Assembly: GCA_964016885.1 (NCBI GenBank)
Contig: OZ024745.1
Location: 20,832,001 to 20,896,000 of the forward strand
DNA length: 64,000 nt
Source of the DNA: Eledone cirrhosa
Taxonomy: Eukaryota
Direction: 5' to 3'
The notes under the pieces are model-generated. The model was not told where the DNA came from, searched no databases, and worked only from the letters and a program-made list of their open reading frames with translations. Below, in pieces: positions 30,628 to 45,224 of the stretch (position 1 is the first letter of the stretch; each line of letters starts with the position of its first letter). A program made the translations under genes and the position numbers.

Positions 30628-33600
30628 TTGAGAGTTGGCTGTTTGAACGCGCGTGGCCTGGGCTCAGCTTGGAAGCAAGCAAAGCTTCTAAGTGACCTCA
30701 GGTCACAAAGTATAGATGTGATGGTTGTTTGCGAGAGTCGGATCAGCAGCGTGAGACAGCTGGCGCCCGCCTTCGATGACTTTGATAATGCACGCATCTC
30801 TCTGTCAACCCGGAGGCGGGGGGGGGGGGAGTTGCCGTACTGCTGGATAAACGTCTGACTCTCGACGTACAGATTGTTCACTCGGACCCGGGGGGTCGAT
30901 TACTGGTGCTGGACGTCGGAGGCGGTGAAGGCGGGGCTTTCAGACTGGTCGGTCTTTATGCTCCCTTCGGGGCGGAAAGAGCCGACTTCTTCCAGCGTCT
31001 GGAGACTTTTCTAGGAACGTCGCGTTCCCTGCTTTTAGTGGGGGACTGGAATGGAATCCTAGATGCGCGTTGGGACTATGCAGGGGCATGTCCCGATAGA
31101 GGGGGGTGTAGCAGCCTCAAGGGGTTACTCGATCGATTCGACCTGGTCGATAGATTTCGACTAGATTGTCCAACTGCGCCAACCTGGACCTGGGCAAACC
31201 GCAGTGGACAATCTAGATCGTACCTAGATAGGTTTTTGGTTAGGAGTAAGGATAGGAACGTATTTAGTTGTCCAGAACTGATCATGGTTGGCTATTCAGA
31301 TCACAAATTAGTGACCTGCGTGGTCAACCTTGATAGAACGCATAGACAGGGTCCCGGTTACTGGAAGATGAACTTGTCCTTACCGACAAAGAAAGATTAC
31401 AGAAACCGGATTAGTAGCTTAGTTAAGATGCGGTTGACGGGAGCGATCGTCAAGAGTAGGTGGTGGATATCTCTAAAGAGAGAGATTAGAGTAAGTTCGA
31501 TAGGTTACAGTAAGGAACTAGCGGCGAATAGAAATAGGAGGGAAAGGGAGTTAACAGATAGACTAGAAGAGGCGATTAGGAGCGGAGACGTAGCCAGAGT
31601 GTTAGCGACGAGAATGGCATTGAGCCAGTTCTTTGACGCGAAGCACGAAGGCTGCGTTGTCCGAAGTAAAATACGTGCTTTAGGAAACGAGGGGACCAAA
31701 GCTGTTAGCTGGGCCCGCGTGACAGAAGCCAAGAGTGGGATTAAATCCACCATTCGGTCTTTGCGAGACCAGGATGGACGGGTGATCCTTGAACCTGAGC
31801 GAATGTGCGAGACCTTTCAAAGGCACTTTGCTCGACTGTTCGGAGGTGGCGGGGGGCCGGACGGGGATGTGGACTTCGGTCCATACCTCGACGGTCTACC
31901 GCGTCTTTCGAGCGTGGAAGCGGAGTGCTGCGAAGGGCCAATCACAGCCACTGAAATCGGGGAAGCGCTCAGCCAATGCAGCAGACGCAAATCCCCGGGT
32001 CTCGATGGTCTACCATACGAACTTTATTTAGCTATGCCGGTCTTGTTCTCCGAACTCCTCGAGGCTGTCTATTGCAACTGGCAACAGAACGGGAGAATTC
32101 CCTGTTCTGTGACCAAGGGCGTGGTCACGCTAGTGAGGAAGGACGAGAGCAAGGGGGACGACTTAAGTAACTTTAGGCCCATAACTCTGCTGAATGCAGA
32201 GTTACAGATTTTGGCCAAGGTATTGGCGAAGAGGTTGGCGCTTGTGGTGGGTGGTTTGGTGGGAGACTTGCAGACATGCGCTATCCCGTCCAGGTCCATT
32301 CACGACAACCTCCACCTCATGCGATACATCATAGAGAGGGTTGGCTACGAACCCGGCTTTGGTGGGGCCCTGATCAACTTGGATCAATCTAAGGCGTTCG
32401 ATAGGGTCGACCATGGTTACCTGGATGCGGTGCTAGCGGCGGCGGGCTTCGGACCCGTTTTCAGGGGCTGGATTTCTGCCATGCACAGTGGCAACATCTA
32501 CTCTAGGATTAAAGTAAACGGCTACCTCTCGGAGCCGTTTCAAATCACCCGATCCATCAGACAGGGGTGCCCCCTCTCCTCCCTTCTGTACGTATTGACT
32601 CTCGAGCCACTGCTGCGGAAGTTGGAGTTGCTGCGGGGCATACCCCTAGAACCGGGATTGCACAAAGCGGTCTCGGCCTATGCCGACGACGTAACAGTAA
32701 TGGTGGCGGACGCCTCGGAAATCGGGGCGATCGCCACCCTACTGGAGGAATACGAAAGGCTGACGGGGGCTAAGCTGAACCAGGACAAGTCAGTCGGTTT
32801 GCAACTCGGAACGTGGAGGGGCAAACCGATGCCGTTAGACGGTGTCGTCGGGCGGTGGACGGAGGGCCCGGTGAAGCTGCTCGGGGTCTGGTTCGGACCG
32901 GACCTCCAGGTGGAGAAGAATTGGGGCGAGGTGACGAGCAGGGTGTTTGCGCTGACCCAGAAGTGGGCCAAGTGCAAACTATCACTGAAAGGTCGGGCGG
33001 AGGTGACGAACGCTTACATAGCGTCCGTCATCTACTACCGCCTGACCGTCGTGCCTTGCCCCAAGGAAAAGCTCACCATCATGGAACGCATGCTCTTCCA
33101 GTTCCTCTGGAAGAAGCGGCCTCCCATGGTGAGGAGATCCATCTGCTGCCAGCACCCTTCGAAAGGAGGGCTGGGTATGCCGTGGCTGTTGATGCGTAGG
33201 CACGCATTGAGGCTACGGCATCTACAGGTATTCCTCAACGGTCAGCCGGTGTGGGCCCCGTTTGTGAGGCGAGCCTTCCCACAGCTCGTCTCGCTCACCG
33301 AACTGCAATCCTGGGTGAAGCAAAGACCGAGAAAACTGGGCAACTGGCACACCGAGTGTGCCCAGGCGCTCACGGCTATCTGGCAAGCGGACCCGACTGT
33401 CAGTGGAGAATCCACCTCGACATTCTATAGAGGGTTGGTGGCTAGCAGGGGCGACGACACCCTTGGAGAGTCGCTAGGCATGGAGGAGGACGAACTGGCC
33501 AGCCTGTTCGGTAGAACTTTCGGCCCGGGACCCATGGACAACTTCCAGAGGTCCCTAGCCTGGCAGTGTTACCGGGGGGCTCTGCCCGTTCGAGAAAAGC

Positions 33601-34061
33601 TCTACAGACACGGGCGCCCGGGCAGGGATCCCGCGAAAAAGATCTGTCCCAGATGCGTGCGCGACGAGGAAACCGTTGCGCATGCACTGGTACACTGCCC
33701 GGGCGTTGCCGATCTGTGGGGCTACGTCGAACGACTGCTGTCGCGTGTGGCGCCGATTCGATTAACCGCCGAGTCTGTGGTGAACATCAAGCCGCCTCCT
33801 CCCTTCAGAAATGAAGCAGAGGCGGTCTTTCTGTGCGTAATAGCCATGATGAAAGAGGTTGTGTGGTGGACGCGCCTGAAAGGTCTGAGGTCGGGTGACT
33901 TTCTCTCCGGCCATCACCTGGTTTACTTCTTCCGATACCACTTCGGAAGAAGGATCAGGATGGAGAGAGAAGTGCTTGGTCCCAGACAGTTTTATGAAAG
34001 GTGGGTGAAAGAAGCGAGAATGGCCCGTATAAATGGGCCTTCTCTCTACATTGTTCTGTAG
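30628..34061 (+). CDS. Tx1-like ORF2: APE endonuclease, reverse transcriptase and C-terminal zinc finger. Frameshifted near 30785-30830; open from 30906 (1051 aa)
   Basis: APE motifs CLNARGL, GDWN, YLDRFLV, SDHK. RT motifs SPGLDG, FRPITLLN, DQSKAFDRV, IRQGCPLS, YADD. C-terminal CPRC...EETVAHALVHC. Confidence 0.95.
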
Positions 34062-34292
34062 GTGAAGAAGTGAAGAGGAAAGGGGGAGCGCCTCCTCTCT
34101 GGGCTTCCCCCGCGAAAAGAGTAGCACACTTTTCGGGGGTATGTGCAATCCCCAACACGCCCCCTCCCTTTTGAGGACTTTTTATTGTTATATGATTATT
34201 ATTATTCCTGTTTTCTTTACTCGATTTATGTAAACTCCCCCACTATGTATTTGCCCCCTTCTTTTGTGCCCTCGTGGCAAATAAATAGAAAT

Positions 34293-34346
<54 letters not shown>

Positions 34347-34353
34347 CTCTATC

Positions 34354-35039
34354 AGATGGCTCTACAGACACGGGCGCCCGGGCAGGGATCCCTCAAAAAA
34401 GATTTGCCCTAGATGCGTGCGTCACGAAGAAACCGTTGCGCACGCATTGGTGCAATGTCCGGGCGTGGCTGATCTGTGGGGCTACACCGAACGACTGCTG
34501 TCGCGGGTGGCGCCCATTAAATTGACCGCCGAGTCCGTGATGACAATCAAACCGCCTCCCCTCTTCACAAAGGAAGCAAAGGCGGTTTTTCTGTGCGTAA
34601 TAGCCATGTTGAAAGAGGTTGTTTGGTGGACACGATTGAAAGGTCTGAGGTCAGGCAACTTCCTCTCTGGCCATAGTCTGGTCTACTTCTTCCGATATCA
34701 CTTCGGAAGAAGGATAAGAATGGAGAGAGAGGTGCTTGGCCACAGGCAGTTTTATGAAAGGTGGGTGATAGTGGCGAGAATGGCTCGTGTAAATGGGCCT
34801 TCTCTGTATACCATCCTGTAGCTAAAGAAGTAAAGGAGAGGGGAGCACCTTCTTCATGTGCTCCTCGGGCAAAGGATTGCACACTTTTTCGGGGGTGTGT
34901 GCAACCCCCATCACGTCCCCTCCCTTTTGAGGTTATTTTCGATTATTTTCATGTTACACCCTTTTTACTCGATTATATGTAAACTCCCCCTTTGTATTTG
35001 TCCCTTCTTTTTATGCCTTTATGGTAAATAAAGAAATAT
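34354..35039 (+). mobile_element. 3'-terminal Tx1-like fragment, subfamily B copy 1
   Basis: Encodes the ORF2 C-terminus (CPRC...GPSLYTIL) and has a distinct 3' UTR and (ATCT)n tail. Nearly identical to 49306-49991. Confidence 0.93.
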
Positions 35040-35346
35040 ATCTATCTATCTGTCTGTTGATCTATATATCTATTATCTACGCGGTTGTCTTGTTTCACAT
35101 GAACTATCCATCATATCTTTTCCTCTATACCCCTTCTTTAGGCTCGTCCTGATGCTCACACCTCATTTTTTTAGGCACACACGCATACACACACATGCCC
35201 ACACAAACACGCGCACACACACACATACACACCAATCACTAACAATTTCAGACGCTATCCATTTCCGCACTTTTTTCTTCCTTTTCGTCTCTCTCTCTCT
35301 GACTCTCTCATCCGTCCAGTCAATCTTTCTATCCATATTTCTTCTC

Positions 35347-35428
<82 letters not shown>

Positions 35429-35602
35429 CTCTCTCTCTCTCTCTCTTACTCTCTCTCTCTCTCTCTCACTCCTTTCTTTCCTTTATTCCATATTCTACCC
35501 ACTCCTAACCAAACCTTACCCACGCTGAAACAGAAAATCTAGTCCAGGGGGCCGTTTGCCGATGTTAAATCTCCTTGTCAAACCAAACCTAGAATTAAAA
35601 AG

Positions 35603-35681
35603 CAGAAAATTACACAGCATACAGCAGCCCACCACATACATCAGAAAATTACACAGTATACAGCAGCCCACCACATACATC
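35603..35681. repeat. 39-bp tandem duplication
   Basis: CAGAAAATTACACAG(C/T)ATACAGCAGCCCACCACATACAT occurs twice. Confidence 0.85.
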
Positions 35682-36199
35682 ATAGCAAACCTACGATCAC
35701 GGTTTCACATCACGACAGTTCAGATTGGGAAGAGGATGACATGCATGAGATACTGTGTGCCAAAAAAGGTCATCCGACAAAACACGCTCTCTTCGAGTCT
35801 TTTCCTATTTTTTTTAAAACTCACATTTTCTTCTTCTTCTTCTTCTTCTTCTTCTTCTTCTTCTTCTTCTTCTTCTTCTTCTTCTTCTTCTTCTTCTTCT
35901 CAGTATTGTTATTCTGTGTCTCTTGCATTCCTTCTTTTCTTTCATTTTTTCCCCTACTTGCCATACATTATATTTTTTGTTTTCTCTTCTTCCAATTCTC
36001 TCTCTCACTCTCCCTTACTCCCTCTCTGTCCCTTACCTCCCGCAACTCTCTCTTACCCCTCTCTCTCTGTCTCTTCCCCCTCCCTCTCCTCATCTCCTTA
36101 TTTTTTTCTACGTTATATTTTCTGTCTTTCAGGTCGTTTGTTCACTTCCCCTGACAATATTTCTTCATTTTTTCCATCTCAACATTCTTCCACACATTC

Positions 36200-36248
<49 letters not shown>

Positions 36249-36395
36249 CTGTGTGTGTGTGTGTGCGTGCGTGTGTGTATATATATATATATATATACAT
36301 ATTTATATATATATATATATGTATATATACATTGTATATATATATATATATGTATATATATACAATGTATTTATATATATATATATATATAAATA

Positions 36396-36492
<97 letters not shown>

Positions 36493-36530
36493 CAATGTAT
36501 TTATATATATATATATATATATATAAATTG

Positions 36531-36562
<32 letters not shown>

Positions 36563-36571
36563 CAATGTATT

Positions 36572-36950
<379 letters not shown>

Positions 36951-37159
36951 ATATATATGTATATATATATATTTTTTTTTTCTTTTTCGGAATGTTTTGA
37001 CTGCTGTTTCTTGTAAATAGACATTCGTCTCATTATGACGTCACTAGCCCTGTTCTCCATGTGTGTTTATTATCTTAATTCCACACGAGGTGTAACTAGG
37101 CTGCTTTTAAATTCCCTTTCTGGCATATTTTAGCAGTGGATTTGGTTATCGTGTTTTGA

Positions 37160-37240
37160 GCTCTACTGATGAACGGTTCCAACCGTGACTAACCCCACTG
37201 AAAAGTTTCGTGAAATAGTCTTTTTAAGACTATATAGAGC
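37160..37240 (+). ncRNA. Type I hammerhead ribozyme motif with an enlarged stem II
   Basis: GCTCTA-CTGATGA-ACG...CGT-GAAA-TAGTC-tttttaa-GACTA-TA-TAGAGC: perfect 6-bp stem I, intact core, perfect stem III and an AUA triplet. Confidence 0.8.
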
Positions 37241-37559
37241 ATTTGTAGTTTTTTTACAAATTGAAGGATAAGTATTTAACCATAATTTTATTCTGAGTTA
37301 AGACTCTATTGGTTTTTTCCATGGATTTCACAAAATCTGTGGATAAAATTTCTGTCTTGACTTTTTTTAAATTGAGATTGAATTATTTTCCCACATCTTA
37401 CGTTAAATATTTTCCATCTTGACGTTATAGTCACTTATATATTATGAAATACTGTTGGCTTCTTGCTCACATTAATTTCTCTATTTTCATTTATATATAT
37501 ATATTTTGCTGCTGTTAGTCGTGCAACTAATAACTTCTCGTCCTTCTTCAGCCAATCGT

Positions 37560-38055
37560 GTATATCCCCTTCTGCCTCATCTACCTAAACAATGATTGTA
37601 GCACCTCCTTATACACAATGTTCCTTGTTCTTCCGTGTCGGGCATATGCAAAGAGATTTGTCTTGCTTCCCACCCTTGAGCAGCCAACGCATAGTTGCCC
37701 GTGTGAAAAACATGACTCTTCCAAAAGAAGACCAGCAACAGCTAGAGTCTGACCCTGGGATTTGTTGATAGACATTCTAAAGCTGACACTGTTCGGCGAA
37801 TGGTTGGTTGGTTGTCTGTTTCAAGTGCTCTTCTGGTGGCAGTACGTTCAGCATCTTGCGACCGTCGAATAGCAGATTCGGCCAATGGAGTATCTCTTCC
37901 TCCGAGGCATGACCTAAAAGCAGGACGAAGTACACTAAGACTAACTGGTAGAATAAGGAATAAACTCGTCAGTGATGCATGTGATTTCCGAACCGTTGAC
38001 TATGTAATTGCTGACCTTGTGTCAAAAGTAGTGGGACTTTGTGGGTGGCATATCG
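37560..38055 (-). mobile_element. Internally deleted Helitron RepHel remnant
   Basis: The PIF1-helicase C-terminus MSINKSQGQTL...FSHGQL.VGCSRV...NIVYKEVL (37581-37775) is joined to an Arg/Ala-rich segment (ESAIRRSQDAERTATRRALET) that resembles Helitron N-termini. Confidence 0.8.
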
Positions 38056-38154
38056 GCAGTAACAATGACGATAAGCCGTCTGTGCTTTCGTGAAATAAAT
38101 ACGTTTGTTTATATTTTGTTTTTGTGTATGCAAAAATATTTATACACGAATATA

Positions 38155-40740
<2,586 letters not shown>

Positions 40741-40824
40741 TATGTATACATATTATGCATATATATATATATTATATATACATATATATGTATCTATATA
40801 TACATACACATGTATTTATGTGTG

Positions 40825-40902
<78 letters not shown>

Positions 40903-41763
40903 GTGTGTGCATGTATGTATATATATACATACTACTGTACGTCTGTATACATATATGTATGTACGTATACATACATACATACTTATATTTATATATATAT
41001 ATGCATATATATATATATATATCAGACATTTACGGGGCTCTATCTAATTGACTGAGCTCTTTCGCAACAGATCTGTGATTTGGTGACAATGTAAGTAATC
41101 AAAGTTCAATCAATCTACATTCTGGATTTGAATTATGTAACGGGGTGGGGTGAGGATCGATGAAATAAATTTCATATCATGTATTAGATCGATATAGTTG
41201 TTCATATCCCTTCCATCTAATATGTGGCTTTATAAGAATGTAAGGAATCGATATTTAGTTCAATCACTACATATTATAGGTTCATTTACTCAGGGATGTG
41301 CTGTGCCTGAAGAAGATGACTGGATCATTGGTTTAATCAATCAGGGATTACTTGAGGCAAATTAAGAACAACAGCAGCAACAACAGCAACAATATGAAGC
41401 ATTAATATAGAAACTGGATTGAAGAAAGCTGCTGCTTATTTATTCGGAACTCCGAAAGGAAGACATACAGGGTCAAACTCTTCATAATTTTGACCAAGAT
41501 GGATGCTACATTAGCAAAAAAATGATAAGTAAAACAATTAAATCTATCTCAGTATAACAGCTGGTATTTAGCTCAAGCCAGCGAATCAGGGTCTACATAA
41601 TTACATGACCTGCTAGAAATAACACCCAATATTTCTTCAAATCATACGTTACTGACTTGAATAACACAGGTTACATTGGACAATATAATTCCTGGTATAC
41701 AAAAAAGCTGGGATAGTCACGTTTAGAACGTCTTTGCTTCATTGGTGACCTAAAATGCCCTTT

Positions 41764-41945
41764 GGATTGGCAGTATCGGTAGAGGGTCGGACACCATGCT
41801 TTGCAGCACAGTTATGGCCCTTTGTGTTCTGAGTTCAAATCCGCCGAGGTTAACTTTCCCTTTCATCCTTACGAGGTCGATAAAATAAAGTACCAGTAAT
41901 ACACTGAGATAATTGCTGGCCTTGTGTCAAAAGTAGAAACAATTA
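41764..41945 (+). mobile_element. tRNA-related SINE (same family as at 28 kb)
   Basis: GGATTGGCAGTATCGGTAGAGGGTCGGAC...GAGTTCAAATCCGCCGAGGTTAAC...AGTAGAAAC. Confidence 0.85.
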
Positions 41946-42459
41946 TATTTAAAAACGACAATGCGTGGCTTGATGGAAGGTTGGCTATTATTTCTAGCAG
42001 CTCAAGAGACTGTATAGAGGCTTCTTCGTTAGGCTTGTGACACTACGTAATCAACAGTAGGTTGATCCTACCTTTTTTTTGTTCGGGAGGGATTGTCATT
42101 GGTAAAATAAACAGCAACGATAGTAAATGTGAGGGTCAACTGACAAGTACATAGAATAACTATGAAGGAGTGATGCTGGAGCTGTGAAATCTTGCATGCA
42201 TTAATTTCAAGTCTTATTAATGGAATGCAATGTTTCTTTCCAAGACCTATGTTGAAAAATAAATCTCATTTGGTCGTTTCATGAGAATATCTTGGTCAGC
42301 TTATACACTGTTCAGCTGACCCTCGTAAAATCAATGCTAACCTGTAATGCACTGAGGTTTATTCTTTAAAAAAAAAACAATTCTTCTTTTCTGGGTAGAT
42401 AGTAAAACATATATTCGTTAGAAAGCAATAAGCTAGATCTGGGCATATTCTATCTATCT

Positions 42460-43223
42460 ATGGACAATTTTCAAAGGTCCCTGACCTGGCAGTGCTACCG
42501 AGGAGCTCTACCAATACGCGATAAGATCTACAGGCACGTACGCCCTGGCAGGGATCCTTCCAAGAGGACGTGTCCAAGATTCGAGCAGTACATTGAAACC
42601 GTCCTGCATTCAAATGTACACTGCCCGGGCGTAACCGACCTGTGAAACTACGCAGAACAAGTGATGTCGCGTGTGGGACAAATCCAGTTGACTGCCGAGT
42701 CCATAGTAAGGTTCAAACCGTCAACTTCTTTCAAAAACGAAAGAGGGGCAGTTTTCCTTTCTGTAGTGGCTATGGTGAAAGAGGTTATATGGTGGACAAG
42801 GTTGAGAGGACTGAGGATAGATGCCTTTCTCTCCGGACAACAACTCATTCCCTTCTTTAGATACCACTTCAGAAGGAGAATCAGAGTGAGGAGAGGGGTA
42901 CTGCACCCCAGTAAATTTACTGAAAGGTGGGTGAATGTAGCAAAAATGGTCCGAGTGATTGGGCCTTCTCTGTATATAAACGTGTAGGTTGAAGAAGAGA
43001 GCAAAATGAAGAAAGGAGTACTTGCACAACACTCTCCTAGAGTTGAGGGTTGTTCTATCGATGGGGTATAAAACAACCCATTTGTAACGCCTCCCCACTA
43101 TTGGGGATTTCGATTATTGAATTTCTTTGTTAAACATTTTCATTACACGATTGTATGTAAAATCCCCGGCATATGTCTTTGTATTGTCCCATTTTCTTGC
43201 GCGTCCTTGTAGCAAGTAAAGAA
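42460..43223 (+). mobile_element. Older 5'-truncated Tx1-like fragment (subfamily D)
   Basis: MDNFQRSLTWQCYRGALP...GPSLYINV with an in-frame stop. Preceded by TCTATCTATCT and followed by (ATCT)7. Confidence 0.9.
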
Positions 43224-43453
43224 ATCTATCTATCTATCTATCTATCTATCTTGATAGAGTAAGACACGCTTCACATCGGCTCCGCTATTCCATCGGGATT
43301 TACCCTTACTATAGTAAGTACCGGATAAATTTTTCAGTGCAACACATTTTGAACACTAACCCCTGTTATTTAGGGAAACATTTTTGCATTTACCCCCTTT
43401 TTAGGGGGTAAAATAAATATCTATTTTTGCCGAAAAATTTCTTTCTTGGCAGC

Positions 43454-45219
43454 ATGGCGGAAAAGATGGCAGACATGTCTGCCATTAGCTCTGCCACGCC
43501 CCCCAAGTCTGAAGAACAAAAAATAATTACAACAAAATTAGACAACGAAACAAACAAGGAAAATGAAAAAACAAATGTTAAGGAAAATGAGCAAACGGAA
43601 AACAAACAAACAGAAAATAATACAAATAACAACAGGGCAACTTTCGCCCAGAAAACAAAACAATCCATTACAAACACACCAATTGACTTAACTGCCGCCA
43701 GAGAAAACTGGCCGAAGCGAAAAATCAAATAGTCTTGGGGGAGAACGGAATGTTTTCCATTAACCCCCCCCCCCCCCCAGAATTCAAGAAAGCCAGAACA
43801 GAGAGCACAGTTCTCTTCAGAACTATACTGAACCAGACAAGAAAGCCAGCACAGCCCAGCCAAATGGAAATAGAGTTGGTCCTAAAAGACTATATGAAGA
43901 ATATTCTCTTCATACGAAAGGACCGACTCTATGGCAGCATTTCGGTCCTAACAAAAGACAAAGAAACGGCGGAGAAGCTTTCCCTAAGCCCACTCTCATC
44001 GACAACATACAGCTACATGGGTAGAAGAACACAGAGAGTAAAAGTAAAAACAATGCTGCCCACAATGGACTTCTGGTGGGCTATTGCTGGCTTCATAGAC
44101 ATGGGCGAAGACAATTTTGTCAATGGGGAAGGAAAATGGAGATGCGTTCCTGGGAATGGGCCTCGACATACTAGTCCAAATGAGGCCCGAAAGAATAGCA
44201 CAAATCCCGGATCGCATCTGGCTGGATGACCTTACCCCAATAGATATAATTGTAGAGGGGAGAAGACCAGCATGCTATTTATGCATGGAAAGGGGACACG
44301 TTAAGGCTAACTGCCCGAAACGTATCCCCCAAAAAGGACTATTGCCCACACCCACCACAAACAGTACACCAACACCACCCACCTCCCAAAATACACTAAT
44401 ACCACACACAGCAAACAAAATACAGACACCACCAACCACAAACCACAACACAAACATCACCACCACCATCAACAACCACAAGCACGACACAAACATTACC
44501 ACCACCACCACCACCACAAAACCCATTCCAAACAAATAATAAAAAAAACAGTAACAAATCTACCCCTCCCGCAAAAAAAACAACCACACAACACGTCCCA
44601 CCCACCTAGCGCTGAAGAGTTTCCCCCAACTTCTGAAGAAGAAGGAGGAGAAGCCTTCAGACAAGTTAAAAGAAAAAAAAGAAAACACACACCCAGCACA
44701 CCACAAATAACCCACACACAAACACCAACTCCAATAAAAAACACCCCACCCTCAACAAACAAAAATAAATCTGCGCCTCCCTCTCCGAAACATTGACAGC
44801 ATCACAAAAAAAGACGTTGCAATACACATATATAAATAAAGAAAACAAAAAACTGGTTAAATTAATAAACAATAACCCTATGGTGCAGACCGAAGGGCCA
44901 AACTTTATCTCAACAGAGAACTTCACCCATTTAAAAATGATAAAGGTCCCTCTGGACCTTTATCGTTCCTTAAAAGAACAATTTAGACGGGACGTGAGCC
45001 CCCCCCCCCTGTTTAAAACCGTTAAATCGCGTCCTCTTGAAAGATTTCCCCATAACCGCCCCTCTCTCTGACACAACTCCAAATACCCCAACCCCACCAC
45101 ACACGGATACCCCCACACCACCACAAAACATCCCTCCACCCAACACACCTGATGCCATGGAAATTACACAACCCGGAGAGGTAGGTGCTTTTCATTCTTC
45201 ACTTTCAACACCAAAATAG
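43454..45219 (+). pseudogene. Tx1-like ORF1 with multiple frameshifts
   Basis: Fragments at 43427, 43735, 44117, 44793 and 45037; contains CYLCMERGHVKANC. Confidence 0.85.
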
Positions 45220-45224
45220 ATCAA

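Larger units (their letters stand above)
28588..34294 (+). mobile_element. Full-length Tx1-like (L1 clade) non-LTR retrotransposon, subfamily A copy 1
   Basis: Two ORFs (zinc knuckle; APE-RT-zinc finger). AATAAA precedes the tail. Flanked by (ATCT)n at 28568-28587 and 34295-34353. Confidence 0.95.

Noticed and set aside
31076-34158. Antisense and alternate-frame ORFs inside Tx1 ORF2 that recur in both A copies
   Set aside because: They are expected in GC-rich coding DNA and recur only because the copies are recent relatives.
41280-41520. Gln-rich segment as an exon or gag start
   Set aside because: It is interrupted by stops and shows no recognisable domain.
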